Shown: positions 38,981-48,847 of the stretch, one piece after another
How positions within the stretch are numbered: the stretch's first letter is position 1
Layout: each line of letters opens with the position of its first letter
NCBI GenBank assembly: GCA_039028635.1
Contig: JBCCHV010000005.1
Span: 12,118 to 76,117 of the forward strand
DNA length: 64,000 nt
Direction of reading: 5' to 3'
Origin: Acidobacteriota bacterium
GTDB taxonomy: Bacteria > Acidobacteriota > Thermoanaerobaculia > Multivoradales > JBCCEF01
Program-made: the position numbers and the translations under genes
The notes under the pieces: model-generated
Database searches by the model: none
Told to the model about the DNA's origin: nothing
Seen by the model: only the letters and a program-made list of their open reading frames with translations

Positions 38981-40369
38981 ATGCAGAAGCCCCGTGATCT
39001 ATGGAGCTCGAGATTGGGATTCGTCCTGGCCGCCGCCGGTAGCGCCATCGGCCTGGGAAATCTCTGGAAGTTCCCCTACATCACCTGGCACAACAACGGT
39101 GGAGCCTTCGTCCTCGTCTACCTGCTGTGCATCGCCGGCGTCGGCCTGCCGATCATGATCGCCGAGATCCTGGTCGGTCGCCGCACCCAGCGCAGCGCCG
39201 TCGGAGCCCTCAAGGAATCGGTGGGCTCCGCCTGGGGCTTCGTCGGTGGCTGGGGAGTGGTCACCGGGTTCGTCATCCTGAGCTTCTACACGGTGGTCGC
39301 CGGCTGGACCCTGCTCTACTTCATCAAGTGCCTCGGCTGGAGCTTCAACGGCTACCCGATCGACTACAGCGGTGGTGATGCCTTCGGGGTGATGACCGGC
39401 AATGGGCCTCTCCAGATTTTGCTGGCGGGGTTGTTCATGGCCTGCACCATGACCGTGATCTATCGCGGCGTCGGTCAGGGGATCGAACGCATTTCGCGCA
39501 TCCTGATGCCGACCCTGATGGTCATCTTGGCGCTGCTGCTGGTCAGCGCCCTGACCATGGAGGGGGCCGGCGAAGCGCTCGCCTTCATCTTCGCCCCGAC
39601 CTTTTCGGAGCTGCCCTGGAACGGTGTTCTCGAGGCTCTCGGACATTCCTTCTTCACCCTCTCCCTGGGGATGGGCGCGATGATCACCTATGGCTCCTAC
39701 CTGAGCCGCAAGAACTCGGTAGTGCGCTCTTCGATGATGGTGGTAGTCCTCGACACGGTGATCGCCATCGTCGCCACCGTCATCATGTTCTCGGTGATCT
39801 TCAGCAAGCCCGGCATGGCCGAGCAGATCAGTCGCTCGACCGCCGGCATGCTGTTCATCACCTTGCCCGACCTGTTCTACACGGTCGTTCCCCTCGGCAA
39901 GGTCCTGGGGCCGCTGTTCTATCTCCTGGTGGGCTTCGCGGCCCTCACCTCGACCATTTCCTTGCTCGAGGTGGTGGTCGCCTACTTCATCGACGAGCGC
40001 GCCATGAGCCGCGCCAAGGCCACCACCCTCTGCGGCCTCGGCACCTTCTTCATCACCCTCCTGTGCGGCCTGTCCCTGGGCGCCTTCGGCCCGTTGTCGA
40101 GCTTCGAGATCTTCGCCGGCAAACGCGGCCTGTTCGACACCATGGACCACTTGGCGGCCAACTGGCTGCTGCCCATCGGCGGCTTCCTGATCACTCTCGC
40201 GGTGGGCTGGTTCATGACCCGCAAGACGAAGGAAGAGGAGCTGATGGACGGCACCCAACCGGGTTGGTTCCGGTACGGCGTGTGGAGCTTCTTCATCCGC
40301 TTCGTGTCGCCGGCGGCGGTGGCTCTGATCATCCTGGCGGTGATCTTCCTCGGAGCCGACTTCACTTAA
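38981..40369 (+). CDS. Sodium-dependent transporter of the neurotransmitter:sodium symporter (SNF/NSS) family
   Basis: N-terminal signature GFVLAAAGSAIGLGNLWKFPY. Multiple TM helices. Confidence 0.85.
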   Translation: MQKPRDLWSSRLGFVLAAAGSAIGLGNLWKFPYITWHNNGGAFVLVYLLCIAGVGLPIMIAEILVGRRTQRSAVGALKESVGSAWGFVGGWGVVTGFVILSFYTVVAGWTLLYFIKCLGWSFNGYPIDYSGGDAFGVMTGNGPLQILLAGLFMACTMTVIYRGVGQGIERISRILMPTLMVILALLLVSALTMEGAGEALAFIFAPTFSELPWNGVLEALGHSFFTLSLGMGAMITYGSYLSRKNSVVRSSMMVVVLDTVIAIVATVIMFSVIFSKPGMAEQISRSTAGMLFITLPDLFYTVVPLGKVLGPLFYLLVGFAALTSTISLLEVVVAYFIDERAMSRAKATTLCGLGTFFITLLCGLSLGAFGPLSSFEIFAGKRGLFDTMDHLAANWLLPIGGFLITLAVGWFMTRKTKEEELMDGTQPGWFRYGVWSFFIRFVSPAAVALIILAVIFLGADFT

Positions 40370-40385
40370 AGCGGCTCCGACCGCC

Positions 40386-41441
40386 ATGCACGATCCGATT
40401 GCCAGGCTGGCGGCCGAGCTGGGCGAGAGCTGGCCCCACCTGAAGGCGGGCCAAGAACGCGCCCAGGCCAAGCGCCGAGAGCTCGACTCAGCGCTCACCG
40501 ACTGCACCTCGTCGGAGGCCTCGATCGTGGTCTTCGGTTCGCTGGCGCGGGACGAGTTCTCCGCTGGCTCGGACATCGACTGGACCCTGCTGGTGGATGG
40601 CCCCGCAGATCCCAGGCACCTCGAGCGAGCGCAGTCCGTCGACCGCCACGTGCGCCGCATCGAGCAGCGCAAGCCGGGTCGCGAGGGCACCTTCGGCAGC
40701 ATGGCCTTCAGCCATGATCTGGTGCATCAGATCGGTGGCGAGGACGACACCAACAGCAACACCACCCGACGGATCCTGCTGCTCCTCGAAAGCGCGGCGA
40801 TCGGCCGGCCGCAAGCCTGGGAGCGGGTCGTCCATCACGTCCTGCGACGCTACCTGGCGGAGGACCGCGGCCTGTGGTTCGGAAGCCGTCGCACCCGCAT
40901 GCCGCGTTTCCTGCTCAACGACATCGTGCGCTACTGGCGCACCATGACGGTCGACTTCGCCTACAAGCAGCGCAGCCGGGCCGGCGAAGGCTGGGCGCTG
41001 CGCAACATCAAGCTGCGCACCTCCCGCAAGCTGATCTTCGTCGCCGGCCTGCTCACCGCCTTCTGCTGTGAAACCGGGCTGGCCCCGGATGAGAAGGAGG
41101 AGATCTTCGGCCAGCACGATGTCGACCGCCTGACCGAGCACTTTCGACGCACCGTTGGCCAGACCCCGCTCGAGATGCTCGCCACCGCCTTCCAGCCTCA
41201 CGGCGACCTCGCCGATGCGGCGCGCCAGGTCTTTGGCGCCTATGATCGCTTTCTCGGCTTGCTGGCGGACGACGACGCCCGTCGGCGCCTGAGCGACCTG
41301 ACCTTCGATGACCTCGGCGAAGACGAGCTCTTCCACCACGCCAGCCGCACCTGCTACGAGCTGCAAGAAGGCCTCGACCAGCTCTTTCTGACGCCGGGAG
41401 CACCGTTGTTCGACCTGACGGTCAAGTTCGGCGTCTTCTAG
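40386..41441 (+). CDS. Nucleotidyltransferase-fold protein (GlnD/GlnE/DUF294-like stand-alone NTase)
   Basis: GSLARDEFSAGSDIDWTLLV (G[SG]...D.D NTase motif). The C-terminal helical region WALRNIKL resembles the GlnE/DUF294_C substrate-binding domain. Confidence 0.5.
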   Translation: MHDPIARLAAELGESWPHLKAGQERAQAKRRELDSALTDCTSSEASIVVFGSLARDEFSAGSDIDWTLLVDGPADPRHLERAQSVDRHVRRIEQRKPGREGTFGSMAFSHDLVHQIGGEDDTNSNTTRRILLLLESAAIGRPQAWERVVHHVLRRYLAEDRGLWFGSRRTRMPRFLLNDIVRYWRTMTVDFAYKQRSRAGEGWALRNIKLRTSRKLIFVAGLLTAFCCETGLAPDEKEEIFGQHDVDRLTEHFRRTVGQTPLEMLATAFQPHGDLADAARQVFGAYDRFLGLLADDDARRRLSDLTFDDLGEDELFHHASRTCYELQEGLDQLFLTPGAPLFDLTVKFGVF

Positions 41442-41454
41442 CTCGGCAAGGGAG

Positions 41455-42153
41455 ATGATCCTCGGCTTCTCCAGCGGCGCCATTGCGCCGGGCGACCCGG
41501 CGACAGCGATCGCCGCGACCGCCCATCACGGCGCGACGGCGATCGAGCTCTCGGCCCTGCGCTGGGACGAGCTCGAGCCCCTCCTCGAGGGGATCCCGGA
41601 TCTCCCCTTGGCCGGCTTTCAGCACGTCTCGGTGCACGCTCCCAGCCGCCTCCCGGAAGATCGCGAGGCCCTGCTGGTGGAGAGTTTGGCCGCATCGGTT
41701 CCTGTTCCCTGGCCGCTGGTCGTCCACCCCGACATGGTGCGTGACCCGAGCCTCTGGACCCCGCTCGGTCACCGCCTTTGTCTCGAAAACATGGACCGGC
41801 GCAAGGCCGTCGGTCGCACCGTCGGCGAGCTCGAGCCCCTGTTCGAGGCGCTGCCCGAAGCGACCTTTTGCTTCGACCTGGCCCACGCCGTTCATGTCGA
41901 CCCGACCCTCGCCGCGGGACGCGAGCTGCTCGCAGCCTTCGGCGACCGGCTGGCCCAGCTCCACCTCAGCGACCTCACCCCGGAGGCCCGCCACCGTCCC
42001 CTGTCGACCGCCGCCGGCGAACGGCTGCTGCCGCTGATCGAGGAGATTCCACCCACCGTTCCGGTGATCCTCGAAAGCCCTGTCACGCCATCGGCCGTCG
42101 CCGCCGAGCTGGCCGGCGCACGACGCCTGTGGCGCGCTGCCCAAGGCGTGTAA
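41455..42153 (+). CDS. Hypothetical TIM-barrel-like protein (xylose-isomerase-like/AP-endonuclease-2 fold?)
   Basis: Weak resemblance only (HPDMVRD...LCLENMD). Confidence 0.35.
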   Translation: MILGFSSGAIAPGDPATAIAATAHHGATAIELSALRWDELEPLLEGIPDLPLAGFQHVSVHAPSRLPEDREALLVESLAASVPVPWPLVVHPDMVRDPSLWTPLGHRLCLENMDRRKAVGRTVGELEPLFEALPEATFCFDLAHAVHVDPTLAAGRELLAAFGDRLAQLHLSDLTPEARHRPLSTAAGERLLPLIEEIPPTVPVILESPVTPSAVAAELAGARRLWRAAQGV

Positions 42154-42331
42154 CGGAATCGCCGCCCTCCTCCCTATAAGATGGTGGGCGTTCCTTTGCT
42201 GTTCGTCCTCCGAGGAGGAGCGTTCGCGTTCGGTCCTTGGAGGGAGGAGAGGCCGCCATCGGTTTGTCCTCGCTGCTCGACTTGCTTGGCCATTGCGGCA
42301 TAGTGAAATCTCAATCCGAAGGAGAAGACTC

Positions 42332-43534
42332 ATGAAGCGAAGGCTCGTCACGGGACTCCTGGCGCTCGCCCTGGTGACCCTTTCCGGCAGTCTGGCCGCC
42401 CAACCTTGCCGCGTCGGCCAGGGACTCGGCGCCACCATGCTGATCCCCTACTTCGAGGTCGACACCGCCAATCCGTCCGGTATCACCACCCTGTTCTCGG
42501 TCAACAACGAGTTCAACGGCGTGACCGCAGCGCGCGTCGTGCTGTGGACGGACATGGGCATCCCGACTCTCGGCTTCGACCTCTTCCTCGAGCCGCGAGA
42601 CCTGCAGTCGATCAACGTTCGCGACCTGTTCAACGGCGTCGTGCCGTCGACCGGCGGCAGCTCGGACCTCACCCAGATTCCCTTCTGCAGCTCGCCGACC
42701 TTCACCCCGGTGCACGTCAACCCGGTGCTCACCGCCACTGAGATCGGCAAGCTGCGGGCGGCCCACCGCGGCTTTCAGGATCCGGTGACGAACCTCTGCT
42801 CGGGCGCTCCCTACAAGGACTCCATCGCCCGCGGCTACATCACCATCGACGTGGTCGATGAATGCAGCGGCATCGAGTACGGCAAGCGCTTCACGCCGGC
42901 GGACACGGACTTTCCGTACTTCATCGACGGCGATGGCGGCATCGGCGAGGCCAGTAATCGCCTGTGGGGCGACTTCTTCATCGTCAACCCCGGCGAGAAC
43001 TTCGCTCAGGGCTCGGAGGCAGTCTCGATCTGGTCCGACCCGACGCTCTTCGCGGGGCCCAACGAGTTCACCTTCTACGGCCGCTTCGACGGCTTCACGG
43101 CTCAGGACGACCGCGCCCCGCTGCCGGATCTGTGGAGCAGCCGCTTCCTCACCGGCGGCGCCTTCTCCGGCGGTACCGACTTCATCGTCTGGCGCGACCC
43201 CGGCACCCCGGAGGCGGATCAGTTCGCCTGCTTCGGTGGCCAGCCGTCCTGGTTCCCTCTCAACACCTCGTTCGTCACCGCCCGTAACGAGGCCGGCGCG
43301 GACCCGGACTTCATTACCAATTTCCCTCTCATGGCCCTCGCCACGCAGCGCTTCTCGGCGGACGAGTTCGACTTCAACTACAACAACGGTCGGGTTCAGT
43401 TCGGCTTCGCCGACGGCCCGAACCTGCAGAATCACCGCCAGGCCTGGCTGCAGACTGTGTTCTCGGCCGAGAACCGCTACAGCCTCGGGCTGAACGGAAT
43501 TCCCGTCAACAGCCTCTGCAACGTCGCCCCGTAG
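42332..43534 (+). CDS. Secreted hypothetical protein (about 400 aa)
   Basis: Signal peptide MKRRLVTGLLALALVTLSGSLAA. Strong AAGGAGAAG RBS. No recognisable domain. Confidence 0.55.
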   Translation: MKRRLVTGLLALALVTLSGSLAAQPCRVGQGLGATMLIPYFEVDTANPSGITTLFSVNNEFNGVTAARVVLWTDMGIPTLGFDLFLEPRDLQSINVRDLFNGVVPSTGGSSDLTQIPFCSSPTFTPVHVNPVLTATEIGKLRAAHRGFQDPVTNLCSGAPYKDSIARGYITIDVVDECSGIEYGKRFTPADTDFPYFIDGDGGIGEASNRLWGDFFIVNPGENFAQGSEAVSIWSDPTLFAGPNEFTFYGRFDGFTAQDDRAPLPDLWSSRFLTGGAFSGGTDFIVWRDPGTPEADQFACFGGQPSWFPLNTSFVTARNEAGADPDFITNFPLMALATQRFSADEFDFNYNNGRVQFGFADGPNLQNHRQAWLQTVFSAENRYSLGLNGIPVNSLCNVAP

Positions 43535-43543
43535 GACGCTCGA

Positions 43544-43574
43544 CGCCGGTTGGCCGGCACTCGGCCAACCGGCG
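43544..43574 (+). terminator. Perfect 13-bp stem hairpin CGCCGGTTGGCCG-gcact-CGGCCAACCGGCG, 10 nt after the stop
   Basis: Read directly in sequence. No U-tract. Confidence 0.45.
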
Positions 43575-43657
43575 CACATCCCCTCCAGTCCGAACCTCCT
43601 CAGGCGCCCCTCGCGGCACCCTTGCGCTCCTCGGCGGCGTGGGGCAAACTGCCCGCC

Positions 43658-45868
43658 ATGACCGCCGCCGTGGACCTCGAGCGCGAGCTCAACCTGCAAC
43701 AGATCGAAGCCGTCACCCACGGCAACGGCCCCCAGCTCGTCATTGCCGGCGCCGGCTCCGGCAAGACCCGGGTGATCACCTATCGCATCGCCTGGCTGAT
43801 CGGCGAGCTCGGGGTCTCGCCCGGCGCCATCACCGCCGTCACCTTCACCAACAAGGCCGCCGCAGAGATGCGCGAGCGGGTGGAGGGGCTGGTCGACCAG
43901 TGGCCTCTCGAGACCTTCGTCGGCACCTTCCACCGCTGGGCCCTGATCCAGCTCCGGCGCTACGGCGAACGGGTCGGCTTGGCGCGCAACTTCGCCATCC
44001 TCGACACCTCGGACCAGCTCAATCTGATCAAGCAGGCGCTGCAGATCGAGGGCCTATCGGAGAAGTCCTTTCCGCCCCGCGGCGTGCTCGCCACCATCAG
44101 CAGCGCCAAGAACCGGCTGATCGACCCGGACGCCTTCGAGGACGCCGCCGACTCGTTCTTCGCCCGCCGCGTCGCCCCCTGCTACCGCCGCTACCAGGGG
44201 CTCCTCGCCAAGGCATCCGGCGTCGACTTCGACGACATGCTGTTCCTGGCGGTGCGCCTGATGGAGCAGGAGCCGGATGTCCTCGACCGGTTGCGTTACC
44301 GCGCCCAGTACCTGCTGGTGGACGAGTACCAGGACACCAACCAGGCCCAGCAACGGCTGATCGAGGTTCTCGCCGGCGAGCCGGCCAACCTGACGGCGGT
44401 GGGCGACGAGGATCAGGGCATTTACCGTTGGCGCGGCGCCGACATCGCCAACATCCTCGATTTCGAACGCCACTTCCCCGGCACCGAGGTGCGCAAGCTG
44501 GAGCAGAACTACCGCTCCACCCAGACCATCCTCGACGCCTCCGGCGCCCTGGTGGCGAACAACCAGGGCCGCCGCGGCAAGCGGCTGTGGACCGACTCCG
44601 GCGAAGGCGAGAACATCGTCGTCTTCAAAGCCACCGACGAGCAGGAAGAAGCGCGCTGGCTGGTTCAGGGCCTGAGCGACCTGCGCTCCAAAGTGCCGCT
44701 TTCGGAGATGGCCATTCTGGTGCGCACCAACGCCCAGACGCGTTCGATCGAAGATGAGCTGCTGCGGCGCGAGATCCCCTACATCCTGGTCGGCGGCACG
44801 CGCTTCTACGAGCGCGCCGAGATCAAGGATCTGGTGGCCTACCTGCGGCTGCTGCGCAACCCGCAGGATTCCTACTCCTTGGAGCGCATCCTCAACCGGC
44901 CGGCGCGCGGCATCGGCAAGGCCACCCAGGAAATGCTGCGGCAGGAGGCGGACTCCCTCGGGCAGCCCCTGTGGGACGTCATCTTCCAGCGCCAGACCCA
45001 GAATCTGCCGACCCGCGCCGCCACCGCCGTCGGCAAGTTTCGCGACCTGATCGCCGGCCTGATGGCGGCGGCCGAAGAGCTGCCCTTGCCGGCCCTCCTC
45101 GACCGCCTGCTGGAAGACACCCGTTTCCTCGACATGTACCGCCCAGACCATCCCGAGGACGCCGGCCGCATCGAGAACATTCGCGAGTTCCTGTCGGCGG
45201 CACAGGAGTTCACCGAGTCGCGAGCCTTCAACTCCGACGACGAGGACCTGCTGACTCCCTTCCTCGACCACGTCGCGCTGGTCGCCGACCTCGACGACTG
45301 GGAGGTCGAGCGCGGCATCTCGGTGATGACGCTGCACAGCGCCAAGGGCCTCGAATTCACCGCCGTGGTGGTCGCCGGCCTGGAAGACGGCCTGCTGCCG
45401 CACTTCAACTCCCAGGGCACCCGTGACGACCTCGAAGAAGAGCGCCGGCTGCTCTACGTCGGCATGACCCGGGCCCGCCGCCACCTCTCCCTCACCAACT
45501 GCCGCCGGCGGCGCATCGCCGGTCGCTACCAGGACCAGCGCGAGTCCCCCTTCCTCGCCGAGATCCCGGAGGAGCTGCTCGACATCCAGCAGAGCCCCAG
45601 CCTGTTCACGCCCGGCGGCTCGGCGGACAGCGTTTCTTCCTTCTTCGGTCGCGCTCCCCGCACCACTGAAGAGCCTTCCCTGGACGAGTCCTTCTCCCAG
45701 GAAAGCCGCCAAATCCGCCGCGGCAGCCGGGTGCGCCACCCCACCCTCGGCGAAGGCACCGTGCTCTCCCTCGAAGGCCAGGGTGACCACACCAAGCTGA
45801 CCGTCTACTTTCCCAAGGCCGGCAAGCGCAAGCTGGTCGCCCGCTACGCCAACCTCGAGCTGTTGTAG
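43658..45868 (+). CDS. uvrD: ATP-dependent DNA helicase UvrD/PcrA
   Basis: Walker A GAGSGKT. Motifs through the C-terminal Tudor-like tail GTVLSLEGQGDHTKLTVYFPKAGKRKL. Confidence 0.9.
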   Translation: MTAAVDLERELNLQQIEAVTHGNGPQLVIAGAGSGKTRVITYRIAWLIGELGVSPGAITAVTFTNKAAAEMRERVEGLVDQWPLETFVGTFHRWALIQLRRYGERVGLARNFAILDTSDQLNLIKQALQIEGLSEKSFPPRGVLATISSAKNRLIDPDAFEDAADSFFARRVAPCYRRYQGLLAKASGVDFDDMLFLAVRLMEQEPDVLDRLRYRAQYLLVDEYQDTNQAQQRLIEVLAGEPANLTAVGDEDQGIYRWRGADIANILDFERHFPGTEVRKLEQNYRSTQTILDASGALVANNQGRRGKRLWTDSGEGENIVVFKATDEQEEARWLVQGLSDLRSKVPLSEMAILVRTNAQTRSIEDELLRREIPYILVGGTRFYERAEIKDLVAYLRLLRNPQDSYSLERILNRPARGIGKATQEMLRQEADSLGQPLWDVIFQRQTQNLPTRAATAVGKFRDLIAGLMAAAEELPLPALLDRLLEDTRFLDMYRPDHPEDAGRIENIREFLSAAQEFTESRAFNSDDEDLLTPFLDHVALVADLDDWEVERGISVMTLHSAKGLEFTAVVVAGLEDGLLPHFNSQGTRDDLEEERRLLYVGMTRARRHLSLTNCRRRRIAGRYQDQRESPFLAEIPEELLDIQQSPSLFTPGGSADSVSSFFGRAPRTTEEPSLDESFSQESRQIRRGSRVRHPTLGEGTVLSLEGQGDHTKLTVYFPKAGKRKLVARYANLELL

Positions 45869-46065
45869 GGATCCGGGCTCGCCGAGCCCGCGAGCCCACG
45901 GTCGAGTTTCGCGGCGGTCGCGACGGCCGACGCCGTGATCGCACGGCGGCCGCAGCAGACCACCAGTTCGAGGTGCGGGCGCTTCACTTTGCGTCCTTTC
46001 CGGAAAAGACCCGACTCCCTGGGGTGAACGGCATCAAACGATGCCTCACCGCAAGGAGACAGACC

Positions 46066-46275
46066 ATGGGACATAACAGCGAGAGCAAAGGCCGCACCTT
46101 CATCCTGGAGAACGCCCGCATCTACCTGCCGGGCTCCCTCCCCGACGAGGCACCCAAGACCGCCACCCAGGCTCCCGCCAGCGGCTGCTGTGGGTCCGGG
46201 CCGGAACCGACGACCGGAGCCAAAGCCACCGGTTGTGATACCCAGTCCACCGCTGCGCAAGCGACCTGTTGCTAA
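46066..46275 (+). CDS. Small Cys-rich peptide (70 aa) ending ...ATCC; candidate precursor or thiol/metal-binding peptide
   Basis: Strong AAGGAGA RBS 7 nt before the ATG. MGHNSESKGRTFILENARIYLPGSLPDE (leader-like) followed by APKTATQAPASGCCGSGPEPTTGAKATGCDTQSTAAQATCC. Confidence 0.45.
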   Translation: MGHNSESKGRTFILENARIYLPGSLPDEAPKTATQAPASGCCGSGPEPTTGAKATGCDTQSTAAQATCC

Positions 46276-46343
46276 CCCCCAACCGGCGCCGGTCGCCAAT
46301 GCGAACCGGCGCCCTGGCGACTCCGAAAGAAGGAGAGTCTTCG

Positions 46344-47642
46344 ATGACCGACGTCAAGAAACTTCCCATCGCCATCGTCGGGGCCGGGCCGGTCGGCCTG
46401 GCCGCGGCGGCCAATCTGGTCGAACGCGGGCTGCAGCCGCTGATTCTGGAAGCCGGCTCCTCCATCGCCGCCAGTATTCGCGCCTGGGGGCACGTCCAGC
46501 TCTTCACGCCCTGGGCCTATCTCATCGATCCGCCGAGCCGCCGTCTGCTCGAAGCGCACAGCGACTGGATCGCTCCGGACAATGACCGCCTACCCTACGG
46601 CCACGAGCTGGTGGAGCAGTTCTTCGAGCCCCTCGCCGGCCTTCCCGTCATCGCCGAGGCGATCCACCTGAACCACGAGGTGACCTCGATCGCGAAGGAC
46701 GGCCACGACCGGATGAAGAACGGCGAACGCGCCGCGGCGCCGTTCTTGATCGTCGCCCAAACGCCGCATGGCCCGCGTCGCTATTGGGCACAGGCCGTGA
46801 TCGATGCCTCGGGCACCTGGACGACCCCGAATCCCCTCGGCGCCGGCGGTGTCGAAGCCGACGGCGAAGGCGAGTTTCAGCAGCACATCCGATACGGCAT
46901 GCCCGACATCCTGGGCGCCGAGCGCCAGCGCTACGCCGGCCGGCGGACGCTCGTGGTGGGCTCCGGCCACTCGGCGATCGGCTCGGTCCTCGGCCTCGCC
47001 GAGCTCGCCGCAGAAGACGGCGAGACTCAGGTCGCCTGGGCCGTTCGCAAGCAGGACCCGCGCAAGCTCTGGGGTGGCGGCGAATCGGACGAGATCGCGG
47101 AGCGCGGCCGGCTCGGCTCGCGGGTCGCCGCAGCGGTCCAGTCCGGCGCGGTGAGCTTACTCACCGGTATCTCCATCGCAGCCCTGCGAGAGCACCCGGA
47201 CGGCATCGAGGTGGTCGATGTCGAGGGCAGCGGTCAGGTGGTGGTCGACGAGCTGATCGTCGCCGCCGGCTCCCGACCGGACCTGAAGATGCTGCGGGAG
47301 CTTCGCCTGGAGCTCGATGTCGCCACCGAAGCCGCCAAGCCGCTCGGCCCGATGATCGACCCGAACTACCATAGCTGTGGAACCGTCAAGCCGCACGGTT
47401 TCGAAGAGCTCCAGCATCCGGAAGAAGGCTTCTTCATCGCCGGCATGAAGAGCTACGGACGAGCTCCGACGTTCCTCCTGCGCACCGGCTACGAACAGGT
47501 TCGCTCGATCGTCGCTCACCTCGCCGGCGACGACGAGTCGGCCCGCCAAATCGAGCTCATTCTTCCGGAGACCGGGGTCTGCTCGACCAACCTGGCCTTC
47601 GACGACTCGAGCGCGGCGATCCCGGCGGGCGAATGCTGCTGA
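46344..47642 (+). CDS. FAD/NAD(P)-binding oxidoreductase (FMO/YpdA-like, two-dinucleotide-motif type) with a C-terminal Cys-Cys
   Basis: IAIVGAGPVGLAAAAN and TLVVGSGHSAIG motifs. No CxxxxC disulfide centre. The protein ends ...IPAGECC. GAAGGAGAG RBS. Confidence 0.75.
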   Translation: MTDVKKLPIAIVGAGPVGLAAAANLVERGLQPLILEAGSSIAASIRAWGHVQLFTPWAYLIDPPSRRLLEAHSDWIAPDNDRLPYGHELVEQFFEPLAGLPVIAEAIHLNHEVTSIAKDGHDRMKNGERAAAPFLIVAQTPHGPRRYWAQAVIDASGTWTTPNPLGAGGVEADGEGEFQQHIRYGMPDILGAERQRYAGRRTLVVGSGHSAIGSVLGLAELAAEDGETQVAWAVRKQDPRKLWGGGESDEIAERGRLGSRVAAAVQSGAVSLLTGISIAALREHPDGIEVVDVEGSGQVVVDELIVAAGSRPDLKMLRELRLELDVATEAAKPLGPMIDPNYHSCGTVKPHGFEELQHPEEGFFIAGMKSYGRAPTFLLRTGYEQVRSIVAHLAGDDESARQIELILPETGVCSTNLAFDDSSAAIPAGECC

Positions 47643-48847
47643 TCTCGGGGGGCCGAGAGCTTCGCCGCCTGACGGCGAGGCTCTGCCTGATCGAGCTCGT
47701 AGCCTGGGGAGTTCTCTACTACAGCTTTGCGGTCTACCTGGCCGCGATGCAGGACGAGCTCGGCTGGTCCTCCGCCACCTTCGCCGGCGGCTTCTCCCTG
47801 GCGCTGTTGGTCGCCGGTCTCGCGGCGCCAATCGTCGGTCGCTGGATCGATCGTCACGGCGGCCGCCGCCTGATGGTCGCCGGCGCCTTGGCAGGAGGTG
47901 TCGGCGTCGCCGTCTGGAGCATCGCCCACTCACCGCCGGTGTACTTCGCGGGCTGGATTCTGATCGGCGCCGGCATGGCGGGAACCCTCTACACTCCCGC
48001 CTTCGCCACCATCGTCCGCTCCCACCCCGGAGAGAGTCGCCACGCCATCCTGGTCGTCACCCTGATCGGCGCGCTGGCCTCGACCCTCTTCATGCCCCTC
48101 GCCAGCGGCCTCGGAGAGAGCCTGGGCTGGCGGGGAGGGCTGCTCGTCCTCGCCGCGGTGATGGTCGCGGTGATCACCCCTCTGGCCCTCGGCCTGCCCG
48201 CACCCGCTGCCGACAAAGCGGTCAACACCGCGGCACCGGGCCCCAGCGGTGAGGTACCGGGCCGCTTCCGGCTGCTGGCCTCGTCTCTGATGATCGCCGA
48301 CGCCGCCGGCGTCGCCGTCCAGGCCTACCTGGTGCTCTTCCTGGTCGAGCGTGGGCTGCCCCTTGCCGCCGCAGCCGGCATCGCCGGTCTCGCCGGAGCA
48401 GCCAAGATCGCAGGCCGCCTGGCCACCGCGGCGGGCCACAGAATCTCTGCGCTGGCGGTGATGCGCCTGTCGCTCTTGCTGACTGCGGCCGTGCTGCTCC
48501 TCCCTCTCCTGCAAGCCGGCACAGCCGCGGCCATCGCCATGGTCCTCGGCATCGGCGCGACGACCGGTGCCCGCACCATTCTTCGTCCTTTGGTGGTGCT
48601 GGAGCTCTTCGGTCGCCGCGACTTCGGCAGGAGCAGCGGCCTGCTACAGCTCTGCACCGCCCTCACCAAGGCGGCCGGTCCGATCGCCTTCGGCCTCCTG
48701 CTCACCGCCCTGGGCTGGAGTTGGGCCTGGTCGCTGCTCGCCCTCCTGCTGGTCGCCAGCGCCGCCGCCATGCACGGTCTTCGGCCAACGCCAGAGCCCA
48801 TGCTCGAACCCCGCGGCGCCCTCGCCCCAGGAGACCTCTCGCCATGA
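47633..48847 (+). CDS. MFS transporter (12 TM)
   Basis: Typical hydrophobic periodicity and the MFS motif GRWIDRHGGRR. Overlaps both neighbouring genes. Confidence 0.8.
   Translation: MLLISGGRELRRLTARLCLIELVAWGVLYYSFAVYLAAMQDELGWSSATFAGGFSLALLVAGLAAPIVGRWIDRHGGRRLMVAGALAGGVGVAVWSIAHSPPVYFAGWILIGAGMAGTLYTPAFATIVRSHPGESRHAILVVTLIGALASTLFMPLASGLGESLGWRGGLLVLAAVMVAVITPLALGLPAPAADKAVNTAAPGPSGEVPGRFRLLASSLMIADAAGVAVQAYLVLFLVERGLPLAAAAGIAGLAGAAKIAGRLATAAGHRISALAVMRLSLLLTAAVLLLPLLQAGTAAAIAMVLGIGATTGARTILRPLVVLELFGRRDFGRSSGLLQLCTALTKAAGPIAFGLLLTALGWSWAWSLLALLLVASAAAMHGLRPTPEPMLEPRGALAPGDLSP

Noticed and set aside
42153-42331. Possible sigma70 promoter (TTGCTT...CATAGT) upstream of the secreted hypothetical gene
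   Set aside because: The spacer lengths do not fit a 16-18 nt window with a credible -10, so it is not reported as a feature.
46344-47642. Possibility that the flavoprotein with C-terminal CC is a mercuric reductase (MerA)
   Set aside because: It lacks the N-terminal CxxxxC redox-active disulfide and the HMA domain of MerA. Its dinucleotide-motif arrangement fits FMO/YpdA-type flavoproteins instead, and no merR/merT/merP genes are present.
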